A stretch of DNA of 64,000 nucleotides from Anolis carolinensis (lineage: Eukaryota), in contig NW_026943819.1 of assembly GCF_035594765.1 (NCBI RefSeq), positions 1,178,001 to 1,242,000 of the forward strand. Reading direction: 5' to 3'. The translations under genes and the position numbers were made by a program. Shown one piece after another: positions 28,501 to 42,500 of the stretch. The notes under the pieces were generated by a model that had not been told where the DNA came from, did not search any database, and saw only the letters and a list, made by a program, of their open reading frames with translations. Numbering within the stretch: position 1 is the first letter of the stretch; the number at the start of each line of letters is the position of its first letter.

Positions 28501-31500
28501 GCAGGGTCTCAAGCACCTACTGACCTATGATGATGTGCTATTCACCATGTTGTGCCCGCCTCGAGCAACAAGAGTGGTGGGAAAGAAGTATTATTATCAT
28601 CATCATTACTAATACTAATAGTAGTCCTCTTTGCACAGCCACCTGGCACCCAGAATGCCCCTGAACACCTTCTGCCCTGAATAGAACAGAATAACTATAT
28701 TGTCATTGCTGTTAATCTGATGTTCATCATCTCCCCTCCAACAATTTAGTCAAATTTTAGAGATTTTTAATGCATTTTTATTTATTTATTTTTATTTATT
28801 TCCAACATTTGTATCCCGCCCTTCTCACCTGAAGGGACTCAGGGTGGCTTACAATAATGGCAGCAATTCGATGCCCACACAAAAACAATATCAAACAATA
28901 CATAAAATCAATTAAAACTATTAAATACAATAAAAATTACAATATATAAATTTAAAAATTTTAAGGACTCCATATGTTTGTAAGTACAGTAGTCTCACTT
29001 ATCCAACATAAATGGGCCGGCAGAATGTTGGATAAGCGAATATGTTGGATAATAAGGAGGGATTAAGGAAAAGCCTATTAAACATCAAATTAGGTTATGA
29101 TTTTACAAATTAAGCACCAAAACATCATGTTATACAACAAATTTGACAGAAAAAGTAGTTCAATACGCAGTAAGGCTATGTAGTAATTACTGTATTTACG
29201 AATTTAGCGCCAAAATATCACGATGTATTGAAAACATTGACTACAAAAATGCGTTGGATAATCCAGAACGTTGGATACGCAAGTGTTGGATAAGTGAGAC
29301 TCTACTGTATGTGGATTATGTTATGTCTAGTTTATTAAGTTGTTAATAATTTTGTTGAGTTTTATGATTTGTTTATATATTTTACTGTTGGCATTTAATG
29401 TTTGCCATTGTGTATATTTTGTTGTAAGCCATCCTGAATCCCCTTGGGGAGATAGGACAGGCTATAAATAAAGTTTCAAAATAAATCGTTTCATTGTACG
29501 TCGTACAATATTAAATGCCATCCCCAATCACATTATATATGTAGAAATTACAAAACAAAGCACCCATCCTTCCATATTCTAATCACAACTGCACGACCCT
29601 TAATGCCACATTACTGTGAAACCACAGAGGCTGCACCTACCTTCCGCCCTTCCATCCCTCCAGGGCCCTCTCGGTCTCCCGCCGGCCGGTAGTCGGTGCA
29701 CAGGACTTTGAGCAGCTCCGTGGTCTCATGCGGGACGTGGTGCATAAGGATCTTGCCATAGCGCTTCATGTTGCTCTCGGCCTGCTCAAAGGGCAGCCTG
29801 CCGATGTAGCGCAGGGCCTCCTGGTAGTTCTGCCGGGCAGAGAAGGAGGAGAAACCCTCATTTATGACAAAACAGGATGAGCAAACATCAGAAGCCCCTA
29901 ATCTGGGGTCCAAGTAGATTTAGAACAGAACAAGGCAGCCCCAGCTTCCCTCCAAGACAGGAAGAAGCATAAAGAGGGGGGCTGCCTGAACAGCTAGAGG
30001 CACAAGAAGGCCTCACCTTGATATCCTCCAGCTGGATCTTGAGGTACCACTCGTGGTGTGAATGCTTCTCGGCTAAGTAAACCGCATGGGAGTAGCAGCC
30101 GGCCTGGCGCAGGACCTTGATGGCCGTCTCCACGTCAAAGTGCACCTCACTCTCACTCGTCTGCGTGAGAAATGTGTTGCGCAAGGCCCTGAATTATGCA
30201 CCCAGCCCTGGAATGGGAAGACTCTCTGCAAAGCAGGCTAACCCAGACCTACACATGGCCCTCCTCTGCTTGCATGACTGGAGGAGAATGAGAACAAGAC
30301 CCAAACAATATAGGGAAAGGGGAGCACATCTGCCTCTCCTGACACAACGCTCCCGTTGGAAGATAAGGCTAAGTATTTCTGCATTCCTTCCTCTGAAAAA
30401 GAGTCTGCAGTGCCTGGTACCCATTGGTGTCTCCCATTCAAATACAGAATAGGGTTATCTTTGCTTAATTCCCAAGTTCAGATGACATATAATGCATTTA
30501 TACCTCCTCTAATTGGTTTTTATTAGTATCAATATTTACTATATTTCTACCTCACCTTTCTCCCCAGAGACTCAAGGAAGCTAACAAACATAACACACTA
30601 AAAATTAAAATATTTGTGAGTGGATACAAAAATTAAAATACAGTGAAAATGTAAGAAATGCCATTAAATTTACATTCAAAGCCTACCTCCCCTTCCCAAA
30701 CGTACAGCAGGGCATTCAATTAATTCTGTCTCTAAATCAAAATTGTCACAGGGGACCACCTCCCTGACCCATTGCCCTTTCGGCGGCACCTTGATGAACT
30801 CCTCCAGCTTGGAGATGTCCTTCAGCTTGGTGTAGCAGTTCAGCAGCAGCGTGGTGTGGTCAGCGTTGGCTAGAGCCTGGAGGTGCAGCGTCTGCAAGTA
30901 GGCCGTCAGGTTGTGGATCCGCTGCGCGTCCAGGAACTTGCGGATCACATAGGATGGCTCTAGCTTCCCAATGGTGCTGAAGAGGAAAGGGGCTGGTCAG
31001 GGCTCTCTTTACAGCCATGCAAGAGGACGACACAGGGGGAAAGTATACACAATCCCCCCATCTCATCTATAAATCACACATCCTGGCAAAATATAGTATC
31101 CTGAGATACCTAAAACTGATGTGCAACGAGAGCCTAAGTATTAAAGTTCTGACTTGTTTTTACCTCATGAAATATGGCAGTAAGAAGAAGACCTGCAAAT
31201 CTGGACTTTTCTAGACAAGTTTAACTATTTATTTAATTTATTTCTTTATTTACTACATTGATATCCCACTCTTCTCACCCTGAAAGGGACTCAGAGCGGC
31301 TTACAAATAATACGTACATACAATGTATTATATTATTAGCATAGCACAATATTAGCATTATATATCACTATATTGTACTATACCACTATACTGTAGCATT
31401 ATTAGTAACATTACATGTAATATAAGATACACAATTAATATTATTATATTGTATTATTAGTGTCATATTGTATCACAGTATAACATCAATATGCGTATAT

Positions 31501-34500
31501 ACAATATATTATTTATTATTGTATATTACATTGCACACAATATAAAATATTCTACTATCCTGGCATATCAAAAATAGCAAAAACACCATCCAAATGAACA
31601 TTCTACTGTGTTCAGAATTGTTAGCGACTGCATTGTTGTTTCTTTGGACAGCAGTCTGTTTCCTATAGGCAAGGGACTAAAGGTATAGAATATAACAATA
31701 TTAAGATGTTGGTCTTTGAAAACCAAACTGATGTGAGAAGAGAATTAAAGTGCAAAGTCTACCACCACCGCCCCTCCAAATTATGTTGTTGTGCCTACCG
31801 GATGTACTGCTGAATGGCGCCATCGTGGTTGCCCTTGTTGTACAGGTGGTCTCCATACTGGCGGAAGATCTCGGACAAGCCGTCACTGTCCAGGTGGTGA
31901 CTCCTGGCCAAGTTAATGGCCATTTCAAAGAGGTTCTTCTTGAAGAGCATCTGTTAGGAAAGAGGCAATAGATTGTGATGAGGTTAATGTAAGGATCCAG
32001 TATCCTTGGACCACCACCAGGTCATGCTAAGCATTAACCAAATCAGGCTCCCTCGCAAACCAAGCAGGCAACGCACTCTCCCCCATCTCTACCACAGAGC
32101 CCTTCACTTCCCTGGCCCCAACCAACCACCCGCAGCAGAGTAAACGGGGCTCCCTTGCCTCCAGCTTGGTCTGGGTGTCTTTCTCCTGCAGCACATGGAG
32201 TTTCCCATCCCTGGTCAGCACATACAGGCAGCCCCATTCCGCCAGGACATCCACCACATCATCGAAGACGGAGCTGTACGCAATGAACTTGTTGCCCAAG
32301 TCATAGATGTTCAGGATTTGTTTGTCGGAATTTTGTGCGTCGCTCCCAGCAAAATCAGACCTGGAACACGGAACAGCAAGAGGGATTTGTACAAACTCTA
32401 CCAGGCATTGAGCTCTGAAAGGAACCTGCAAAACTAAGCTGGAACTGATGCTACTAATGCATGTAACCTTCAACTGCTATGGTTCCAAATGACAATCCTG
32501 GATTGGTAATTTGGGGAGGCAGATAAAACAGTCTACTAGAGAGCTTTAGTAATATAGTTCTGTTCTATACAATCCTAAGTACTTCACCAGCTACAAATTC
32601 CAGCATTCCACTGGATGGAGCAAGGGCAGTTAAAGTGCTATCAACTTAGGATCAAGTCAGGAGATGCTATTAATACAAATAGCTACTAATTCGAAAAACT
32701 AAGAATACATTTTCACTGGTTTTAAGAGTATTGCTGTTAATGTTTAATTCCACTGTGATGCTTGTATATTTTTAGGTTTTAAATTGTATTGTATTGGTTT
32801 TGAAAGAGTTATAGCTTTCACATGAGAATGAGGATGAAAGTGTGACTGTGCCTTACTTCGGAGAGGTCTTCCGGTCCTTGGACACGATGACAAGGAAGCC
32901 TCGATACCAGTGGGCAATCAGCTTCTGGCCCTCGAAGGCAAAGCAGGGCCCCCGCTCATCCGGCTGGTACAAGTATACGCATTCATCTCCGGCCACAATG
33001 AACTGGAGGTCCTGGGAGAGGTCGCTGAGTGTGGAGCAGCGCAGGCCACAGCCACGCGTGTCCAGCTCCAGCTGCGGGTAGTCCTTCACGGAGAGGGTGT
33101 AACACTGCAAAGCCACAAGGGAGGGAAAGGCAGCAGTGAAGCTCCGGAGCTGGTCGACCTGCTCCATTCCCCTCTCCATGCTCCACCAAACGCCTCACCT
33201 GGATGTTCTCGGTGGTGGCGACAAACAGGTGGGTTGTTTTGCCAGACTGGCGAAAGGCGAGGCCTGTCACTGGGAAACTCCCCTCGTGAAGTATCTGAGT
33301 CTTGCTGTGCCGGTCTCTCGTGATGTCGCCTTTTGTGAGCACAACGCTGCCATCAGCAAAGCCTAAGGCAGAGAAGAATAAGAATGCTATGCTTCACGTA
33401 ACATTTCGAGACAAGAGAGTAAACCGACCCAGCTGAGAGTTAAACTACATCAACACATCAAATATAAATTGGAGCCCAGATTATATTTTATTGGGAATGA
33501 CCAATAAACAAACAAAATATTTAAAATATAAAGTATTGCGCTACATCAGGCCTCGGCAAACTTGGGCCCTCCAGTGTTTTGGACCTCAACTCCCACAATT
33601 ATTAACAGCTGGCATTTTGCCTCCACTTACCGATAGCCATGAAGTTGAGATTCTCATGGACAGTGAGGCAGGACACAACCGTGGGCTTGTTGCCAGGAAT
33701 AGCGGGGAAAATCCGAGTGCAGAGAGGATTCCCGCCATCACGTTTCTCAAGGTTCCAGACTTTGACCTAGAAATCACGACAGTCTGATGATCAGGGAAGC
33801 CACACTAGGGAGAAATATCTGGTTTTACCTAGAGATTTAAATGCGACGGTGCACAAAATATATATCTTTTCACTCTTTCAAGGGATATCTAGACTTTGGA
33901 TCGCAAGGGCTGCAGATACATGCTTGAGGTTACCTTCAGATGAAAAAACCACGGCAAGGCAAAATGCTCAGTTAATAAAGTGAAAGCGAATAAGGAAAAT
34001 GAAAGGCTTCGGCAGGCCAACTGAGTCAGGTTGGCCTTCTCTTGGTTGATCACAATGAAGCCTACTACACACGTGTTTTTCCATATTCTTAGACATCTTA
34101 TTAGCTTGTTAAATACAATATAATCAGGCATGGGCAAACTTGGGCCCTCCGGGTGTTTTGGACTTCAACTCCCACCATTCCTAGCAGCCTACCGGCTGCT
34201 AGGAATGGTGGGAGTTGAAGTCCAAAACACCCGGAGGGCCCAAGTTTGCCCATGCCTGCCATAAGAGGTCTCTTTCCCTGTCCCTAAACACATAAAGCTT
34301 TTCAAGTTAGACGCCTCCCCTCCAACTCACCAAAGGGTTGATGCCTTCCTCGTCCTCCCCCACAGAAGCCAGGATGCTGTGCTGCTTCAGCTGGAAGAGG
34401 TGCGTCACCCGCAGTTTATAGGCCTGGAAGCTGCTGAGCTCCAGGGAGCGGGGCAGGAACCAGATCACCCCTTCCATATGTGGGAGATCTCCGTTAAGGA

Positions 34501-36219
34501 CACAACATAATAATAATATAATATTAATTTTATTTTTATACCCCGCCCCATCTCCCTGAAGGCACTCGGGGTGGCTTACATGGGGCCAAGCCCAGGTCAC
34601 AAACAATATAAAAACATAACAATAAAACAATCAATCAACAATAAAACAAGCCATACGTCAAGATACAATAAATATACTATGATAAAATCCTGGGTCGGCT
34701 CTAAAAAAAGAACTGGGCCAAAAAAGTGCAATTAGTGTCAGATTCAATCAGGGTGAGGTAGATCCCAGAACTATTGTCCCGTTAAAGTGCTGGCAAAGGC
34801 ATACACTATGGCCTGCTAAAGGAACAAGGTATAATAAATAAGATAGGCAACAGGTCAATCCGTTACTATGGAGATCAGTCACCAAAGGCCTGTTGGAAGA
34901 GCCAAGTTTTCAGGCTCTTCAGGCCAAGTATTCAGGCTCTTTTCAGTCTCCAAATAGGCCAAAAAGCCCTGCTTGTGCTTTTTTATCAAAACAAATCTAC
35001 GTTTTTTAGAGTTATTACATCAAGCTGAACAAGTTAAGGTAGTAGGGATGCAGGACACATGCATTATTCTATTTATTTATTTATTTCCAATATTTATATC
35101 CTGCCCTTCTCACCCGAAGGGGCTCAGGGCGGATTACAACACTGGCACAATTAGATGCCTATACAAAATCAATCAACAATACAGTAGAGTCTCACTTATC
35201 CAACATAAACGGGCCAGCAGAAGCTTGGATAAGCGAATATCTTGTATAATAAGGAGGGATTAAGGAAATGCCTATTAAACATCAAATTAGGTTATGATTT
35301 TACAAATTAAGCACCAAAACATCATGTTATACAACAAATTTGACAGAAAAAGTAGTTCAATACGCAGTAATGTTATGTTGTAATTACTGTGTTTATGAAT
35401 TTAGCACCAAAATGTCACGATACATTGACTACAAAAATGGCTTGGATAATCCAGAGGCTTGGATAAGCGAGGCTTGGATTAGTGAGACTCTACTGTATTT
35501 ATTTCCAATATTTATATCCTGCCCTTTTCACCCGAAGGGACTCAGGGTGGCTTACAACCCTGGCATAATTAGATGCCTATACAAAATCAATCAACAATAC
35601 ATAAAATCTGTTCAAACAATTAAAATACAATATAAAATTACAGTATATAATTTTTAAAAATACATATGCTCAGATCCATTCATCCGAAAACCTCGTGCCC
35701 TATCCATAGGTCAGTCTGTGTCATTCTTATCGTTTATTCGTTAAAAGCCTTTGGGAAGAACATATCTGATGTCATCATACTTCTAGACTACTTCACCATA
35801 TACAAAAGATAACTAGAGCAGTGCTCATCTCACTCAGGCCTGAAATCTTTATTCTGCAGTACTCCCATGCCATTAGTTTTAATAATAATAGCATTTTAAA
35901 GAAAACCAAGCAACCTGTGGTGCTTAGAAAATTAAATCATGGATGAGCGCAGTTTTAAAACTTTAACCAGATTTCAATGGCTTCTCTGTTGAGTCTGACA
36001 AGGGCCAGCTAACACCTCCCAACAGAGGATTTCCCCAGGCAGGAAGCAGCCAGGCCTTGAAACTGCCGGGCTAAGGATATCCCCGAAGACGAGGCTCCCC
36101 CTCCCGGCGTCGCAGGCGGAGATGCCCGGCGGGAGGAGGAGCGGCCTTCCCTCGGCGTCGGCGGCCAGCGTCTCCCGGTCGAAGAAGGCGAAGCGCCGCC
36201 ACTGCAGGTACGCCGCCAT
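25520..36219 (-). CDS. VPS11: Vacuolar protein sorting 11 (HOPS/CORVET core subunit; 16 exons, 924 aa)
   Basis: Exons (minus strand) 36081-36219, 34331-34479, 33631-33766, 33199-33362, 32857-33104, 32159-32360, 31799-31950, 30790-30976, 30017-30160, 29641-29829, 28315-28476, 27989-28128, 27187-27389, 26686-26857, 25794-26016, 25520-25684. MAAYLQWRRF start, [51 protein letters not shown]...CPTC. Confidence 0.97.
31951..32158 (-). other. VPS11: GC-AG intron in VPS11
   Basis: Junction TKLE|MLFKK requires the donor GAG|GCAAGG; acceptor TTCCTAACAG|ATG. Confidence 0.85.
34125..34258. mobile_element. Palindromic hAT-like MITE (TIR CAGGCATGGGCAAAC); related copies ~23370-23552, 25200-25395, 50989-51121, half copies ~9735-9803, 33547-33610, 44997-45090, 46755-46830, 48262-48506
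   Basis: Almost perfect 134-bp hairpin CAGGCATGGG...CCCATGCCTG. Confidence 0.85.
34480..36080 (-). other. VPS11: U12-type AT-AC intron 1 of VPS11
   Basis: Donor ATATCCTTAG, branch site TCCTTAAC (34493-34500), acceptor CCCAC|; splicing restores the reading VFG-D-MEG. Confidence 0.93.
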
Positions 36220-36568
36220 CTTGGCCGGAGAGAAACAAAACACAGCCACTTCCGGCCCGGCGGCGCGTCACTTCCGCTCAAGACGAAGCGTTGTAGTTCG
36301 CTCTGACACGCCCCCTTTCCTCGTGCGGAGACGGGAGAGAAGATCCCGCCCACTGCTTGCGGCCAGCCAATGGCGTGCCCGCAGCTGCCGGCAACCTGGG
36401 ACGTGGCCCAATGGCGGGTAAGGGAAGGCGGGGCTTTCTCCGGGCGGGCCAATGAGCGGGCGCCGCGTCCTTGAGGCTTTTCCGCCGGTCGGGAGAACAT
36501 AGGGGAGCTTCTCTGTGGATCCGAGCGGGAAGAAGGAGGCCGAGGAAGGGAAGAAGGAAGGCTCCGGG
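36220..36568. promoter_or_regulatory. Bidirectional VPS11/HYOU1 promoter with ER-stress elements
   Basis: CGTGG-C-CCAAT at 36402-36412 (reverse ERSE-II), CCAAT-N9-CCGCG at 36449-36467 (ERSE with one mismatch), extra CCAAT at 36367, ETS motifs CACTTCCGG and CGTCACTTCCG near the VPS11 start, GC boxes. Confidence 0.85.
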
Positions 36569-39500
36569 ATGAGGCTCCTACTGCTGCTGCTGGCCCTGCT
36601 GCTTCTAGCGGGCCTTTCCGGTCAGTCTGGGGGGTCCCCGGCCTGGAGGGAGCGCTTCCGGGTTAAAATCCCACATTCTCTGCTTTGAACCGGATTATAT
36701 GGCAGTGTGGACTCAGATAACCCGGTTCAAAGCAGATCTCGTGAATGGTCTGCCTTGATATTCGTGATTATATAGCTGTGTAGAAGGGCCCTGAATGAAT
36801 CCCCTTTGACACTTGCCATTTCAAGTCCAGATTATCTGCTTTGAACCAGATTATATCTCTGTGTGGACTCATGCAATCTGGTTCAAAGCAAATAATGTGG
36901 ATTATCGCCCTTGATATTCTGGGTTATATGGCTGTGTGGAAAGGCCCTCATAGAATCCATTTCAAAGCACATAATGTGGATGATCTGCCTTGATAATCTG
37001 GATTATATGGCAGTGTGGACTCAGATAACCAGGTTCAAAGCAGATCTTGTGAATAGTCTACCTTGATATTCGGGATTATATAGCTGTGTAGAAGGGCCCT
37101 GAATGAATCCCCTTTGACACTTGCCATTTAAAATCGAGATTATCTGTTTTGAACCAGATTATATCACTGTGTGGACTCATATAATCCATTTCAAAGCACA
37201 TAATGTGGATGATCTGCCTTGATAATCTGGATTATATGGCAGTGTAGAAGGGGCCCATCTCTAAAAGCCACATTATTTGTAGCATAGAATCACATTGGCC
37301 TTATTCGCCGTCACATCACACTCCTGAGGCTGGATCCTCACTGCTTTATATCCCAGGATCTGATTGCAGATTATCTGGCAGTGTAGACTCCTACAACCTG
37401 TTCCCATGCTGATGTGGCCTGGCCTCCCGACACGTGTGGCCTTGTGGAGCTCTTATCTTTCATATCTATTGCTGCGCATGTTGAGGAAGTGTCACTGCAT
37501 TGTGCAAGGAATGCTCTACCCGCTGTTGTCATGGAGCGGCACAATGATTTTAACTTTGCATTTGAAAGAACCTTGAAGGCATTTTCCACCTTTTGAGAAG
37601 CCACATGTTCAGAAGCAAGAGCACCAAGGCTTTCCCTTAACAGTGCAAGGCCCTTCTGGAATGCTTAATGTCTGGAACGTGACATATTGTATATTCTCAA
37701 TTGGTTGTCCGTCTTTTTCTGAGTTCTTGAAACCCATTATTGGAATGAGAGGGTTGCTCCGTGACGTCACGTAATGCCGAGATGCTTCTGACACATTTAA
37801 CTCCGTGCTTCTGTCCTACAGATTCCCTGGCGGTGATGTCAGTGGACTTGGGCAGTGAATCTATGAAGATCGCCATCGTCAAGCCTGGGGTGCCCATGGA
37901 GATTGTCTTAAACAAGTGAGTGGGCCTGCAGCAACGCTGTCTTGGAACCTGGTGCATCTTAATTAATTGTACCAGGGAATGCACTTAATTGAGATGGGAA
38001 AAATGGAAGAGATTCGAGACATGAACGAATTAACTTTTTTATTAAAAGTACATAGGGGTCAGTCAATAAAAAAGACAGACTGGACTTTATATAGAGAATA
38101 TGTGAACAATCAGTAAGAAACAAGCCTTAAAATTGAAGACTCAGATAGACAATAATAGAGCAACCAGGACTATAAAAATTAAAAATAAATAAATTCAAGG
38201 TCCCGCGAAGGAAGGATGAAAGACTAAATAGTGTCTATCCCCGCATTTTGTGTGAGTGTGGGGGTGTTTTTTTCTTCTCTTTTCTCTTTTTGTTTCCTTT
38301 CCCCTTCACCTCCATTTACCCTGGATCCGATTTTGCCCCTCCCCCATTTTATGTATAATATATTATGTATAATGTCTTGTTTGTGGAAAACTTCAATAAA
38401 AATTACTTTAAAAAATTGAGATGGGAATTCACAGCAGAGTGGTAGAGATAGGGCTTTTAACACCGATGGAGCAACCAAGCACCAATTGCACCATCTGATT
38501 CCTAACCATCTCAATTCCTAATTCACTGCGCTGCCAGAGACAACATCAGCTTGCCGTCCTGAAGCTTCATCCATCTCCTCAGACTCTGTAGTCTCACTCA
38601 AGACGAAGTGGGGATGGCGCAGAGACGGGGATCCCTGCCCAGCCTGGAAGATGTGGGTTGCAAATGTGAAAGGAAGGCTTTTCAGTGCCCTTTCCTTTTC
38701 CCTTCAGGGAATCTCGGAGGAAAACCCCGGTGGCTGTGACGCTGAAGGAGAACGAGCGCCTCTTTGGAGACAGCGCTGTGGGAATGGTAAGCCCCAGGAG
38801 TCGCCCACAGTTCAGGCTTTGTGTTATTGTTGTTATTATTGTCGTGTTTATTTATACTCTCCACAAGGAGATGCAAAGTTGGGGTGATTCTAGGGAAGGG
38901 GCTATGCAGTAAGGTTTTTATTTTTCCATAGGGCATCAAGAACCCAAAGGTGGCCTTCCGGTACTTCCAGGACTTGCTGGGCAAACGCATGGATAACCCC
39001 CAGGTGGTCCTTTTCCAGTCACGGTTCCCAGAGCATGAGCTGGTAAAGGATGCGAGGAGGGAGACTGTCACCTTTCACCTGTCAAAGTGAGTGGCCAGTT
39101 TGGGGCTGACCAGGTGTTTTCCCAGAGATAGATACTTTAAGGTGCCTTAAGCATAGGGAACCAGAAAAGGCTTGTTTCGTTTCAATAAATTCCGGTCAGT
39201 AGCACTTAACCGAGCTCTAGCTTTTTATATGATTAGTGTTATAGTTCTCTATTGTTTTAACCTTGTGTCTGGTAAAGAACGGTATACAGTTTAAAAAAGT
39301 GTAGGAATGTATTGTTGAAGGCTGTCAGGGCCAGAATAACTGGGGCGTGGTGTGGTTTCTGGGCTGTATGGCTGTGTTCTAGCAGCATTTTCTCCTGTGA
39401 CTGGCAACTTTAGATCCTCAGATTCCCACACCAGTATAGGAATGCATGAAATGTTGCTCTCAAGAACGTTCTTGGGGCTTTCACAACACACACACAGGCT

Positions 39501-42500
39501 GTCACTAAAGCATTTCCAGTTTACTTAATGGTGCCTTTCACAGGATGTTTTCCCTCTGTGTCCTCCTTGTAGAACAATGCAGTATTCTCCAGAAGAGATC
39601 CTGGGCATGGTCCTGAACTACTCTCGGGCACTGGCTGAAGAGTTTGCAGGTTGGAAGTGGCTCTGCCTGTGTGTCAAAGGGCAGCCATTGCTTTTGTCTC
39701 CTGGGTGTGGGCATTAGCAAGAGGGTGACTGAGGGAGTGGGTCACAAATGTGCTGAGCCCTCCTCCCCCCCCCCCCCAAAAGACACGCGAAAGACCTCAA
39801 GCGCTAACGGACTCCCCTCCCCATTATGCAGAGCAGCCCATCAAGGACGCCGTCATCACCGTCCCGGCCTTCTTCAACCAGGCCGAGAGGAGAGCCGTCC
39901 TCCATGCTGCAAAGATGGCCAACCTCAAGGTCTTGCAGCTCATCAATGACAACACTGCAGTGGCCCTGAACTATGGCGTCTTCCGGAGGAAGGACATCAA
40001 TGCAACCGCTCAGGTGGAAACAGGGCGCTGTGATGTGAGGGATGTTGAAGGCTTTGCCTGGAATTCAGGCTCATTTTGCTTTGGGAATCTGGCTTTTTGC
40101 AAAGCCAGGGGAATTTGGCGTTGTTGCCCTTTGCTGACCAAGTGAGACGAGGCTAGGTCTGATTCAGAGCAAAGCAGCTACGTGAGGACCCATAGATTCA
40201 CTAAGCACTTTACATGACTGAGATTGATTATTGTTTTATACCTGTAGCTATTCCTGTATTTTACAGATTTTAGCCAGGGGGTTTTGTGGAGATATTTATT
40301 GCTCTATGTTATTGTTTCTATAATTTTTGTATTTGGTGTGTGCACCTTTGAGTGCCTTGTAAACCACCCCGAGTTGGTGGCAGGGTATAAATAAATATTT
40401 ATTATTATATTATTCTATTATTTTTAAACCTGAAGTGAAGATGGAGCTGATCTAAAAAAAAATCCCAATGCAACTCCATCCCTGCTTTATTTAATAAGTG
40501 GTTCTTTGTTGATTTGCAGAACATAATGTTCTATGACATGGGAGCAAGCAGCACGGTGTCCACCATTGTGACCTACCAAACTGTGAAGAGCAAGGAATCG
40601 GGGACCCAGCCTCAGTTGCAGATCCGAGGGGTTGGGTAAGAGTTCTCTGCCTCCGTCCTGGGCTTACAGTTAGACTTCCATTGTCCGTTGTGTGAAGCAT
40701 AATGTGCATTGAAACAGGGTTTGGGCTAAAAGGGAAACGCCACCAAGCCAGAGGTCGCTGCTGGGCTTCCTTGCCTTAACTCCAGCTTCTGTGACCTGTC
40801 TTTTTGTTTACCGCAGATTTGATCGCACACTGGGAGGCCTGGAGATGGAGCTGCGCCTTCGGGACCATCTGGCCAAACTCTTCAACGAACAGCATCCGTC
40901 GAAGGATGTCCGGAAAAACCTCAGAGCCATGGCCAAACTTCTGAAGGAAGCCAACCGCGTGAAAACGGTGCTAAGCGCCAATGCAGACCATATGGCCCAG
41001 GTCAGCTGGGCACACGGGAATGGGTTCGATGCATTGCAGCACATGGTTCTGAAGAGTCTGGAGAGGGGTGGAAGCCGTCTGCGATGGTTTTGTGATGGGG
41101 AAGGTTGTATGGGAAACTCTGTGAGACGGGATCCTTTTGGCTTCTCTCCCAGATCGAGGGCTTGTTAGACGACATTGACTTCAAGGCCAAGGTGACACGG
41201 CAGGAATTTGAGGATCTGTGCTCCGACTTGTTCCTGCGGGTGTCTGGGCCCGTGCAGCAGGCGCTAAGCAGCGCTGAGATGAGTCTGGTGAGTGCGGGAT
41301 AGATGATGATGATGGTTCTAAGTTAAGGAAGTATGGCTGAGCCTCACCTTCTGATGCTCACACTGTGCATCGTTCTCCACTTCTCAGAGTGAAATTGACC
41401 AGGTGATCCTCGTTGGCGGTGCCACCCGTGTGCCCAAGGTGCAGGAGTTCCTGCTCAAAGCCGTCGGCAAGTAAGTCCCCGCCGCCTGGGCTCCACAGCC
41501 CTCCTCATGCCACTGCTGCAGCCCTTTTTTTCTGTCCAGAGCAAGAAGGTGCTTAAGCTCTCTTTCCAAACTCAGGGAGGAGCTGGGCAAGAACATCAAT
41601 GCGGACGAAGCGGCTGCCATGGGCGCCGTCTACCAAGCAGCTGCCCTGAGCAAAGCCTTCAGGGTGAAGCCCTTCATTGTCCGGGACGCAGCGGTCTTCC
41701 CAATCCAGGTGAGTCTCTGTCAAGCGTGAGGGGAGCAGGATGTGATAAGGGCAGGGGTGGAGGTGACGCATCCCACCTTGGAGTTTCGTTGGAGCACCCA
41801 GACCTAACTGCCCAGCACGGCAACAAGGACCCTTTGCTTTCTGCTCCTCTGCCAAACCCTCAGGTTGAGTTCACTCGTGAGGTGGAAGAGGAGGACAAGC
41901 CCAAGAGCCTGAAGCACAACCGCCGGATCCTCTTCCAGCGCATGGCCCCTTACCCCCAGCGCAAGGTCATCACCTTCAACCGCTACACGGACGACTTTGA
42001 GTTCCACGTCAACTACGCAGACATGGGCTTCCTGAGTGAGCCCGACTTGCAGTGAGTGCCTTTGTGGGGTGCCCACACCCCCAAGACTTTTGGGGCGCCC
42101 TTTTTCTTCCCCTGCTCTGCATATAGCTCAGGTGAAGTGGCCTGCATAGACCGTAGGCAGGCATTTGGCTCATCCACCTTTCCTTTGGCCTTGCCAGGAT
42201 CTTTGGCTCCTTGAACCTCACCCGGGTGAAACTGCGTGGCGTGGGCGAGAGCTTCAAGAAGCACGTGGATTACGAGTCCAAAGGCATCAAGGCCCATTTC
42301 AATATGGACGAGAGCGGCGTGCTGAGCCTCGATCGGGTGCGTGTTGCCTCCCTGCTTCACAGATCCTGTGGCGCGACTGGGCCTTTCCGGATGGGTCTCA
42401 CTGTTTGCTTGCCTGTCATTTTCCAGGTGGAATCCGTCTTTGAGACCGTGGTGGAGGACAAGCCAGAGGAGGAATCCACATTGACAAGTAAGCCTTCCCA

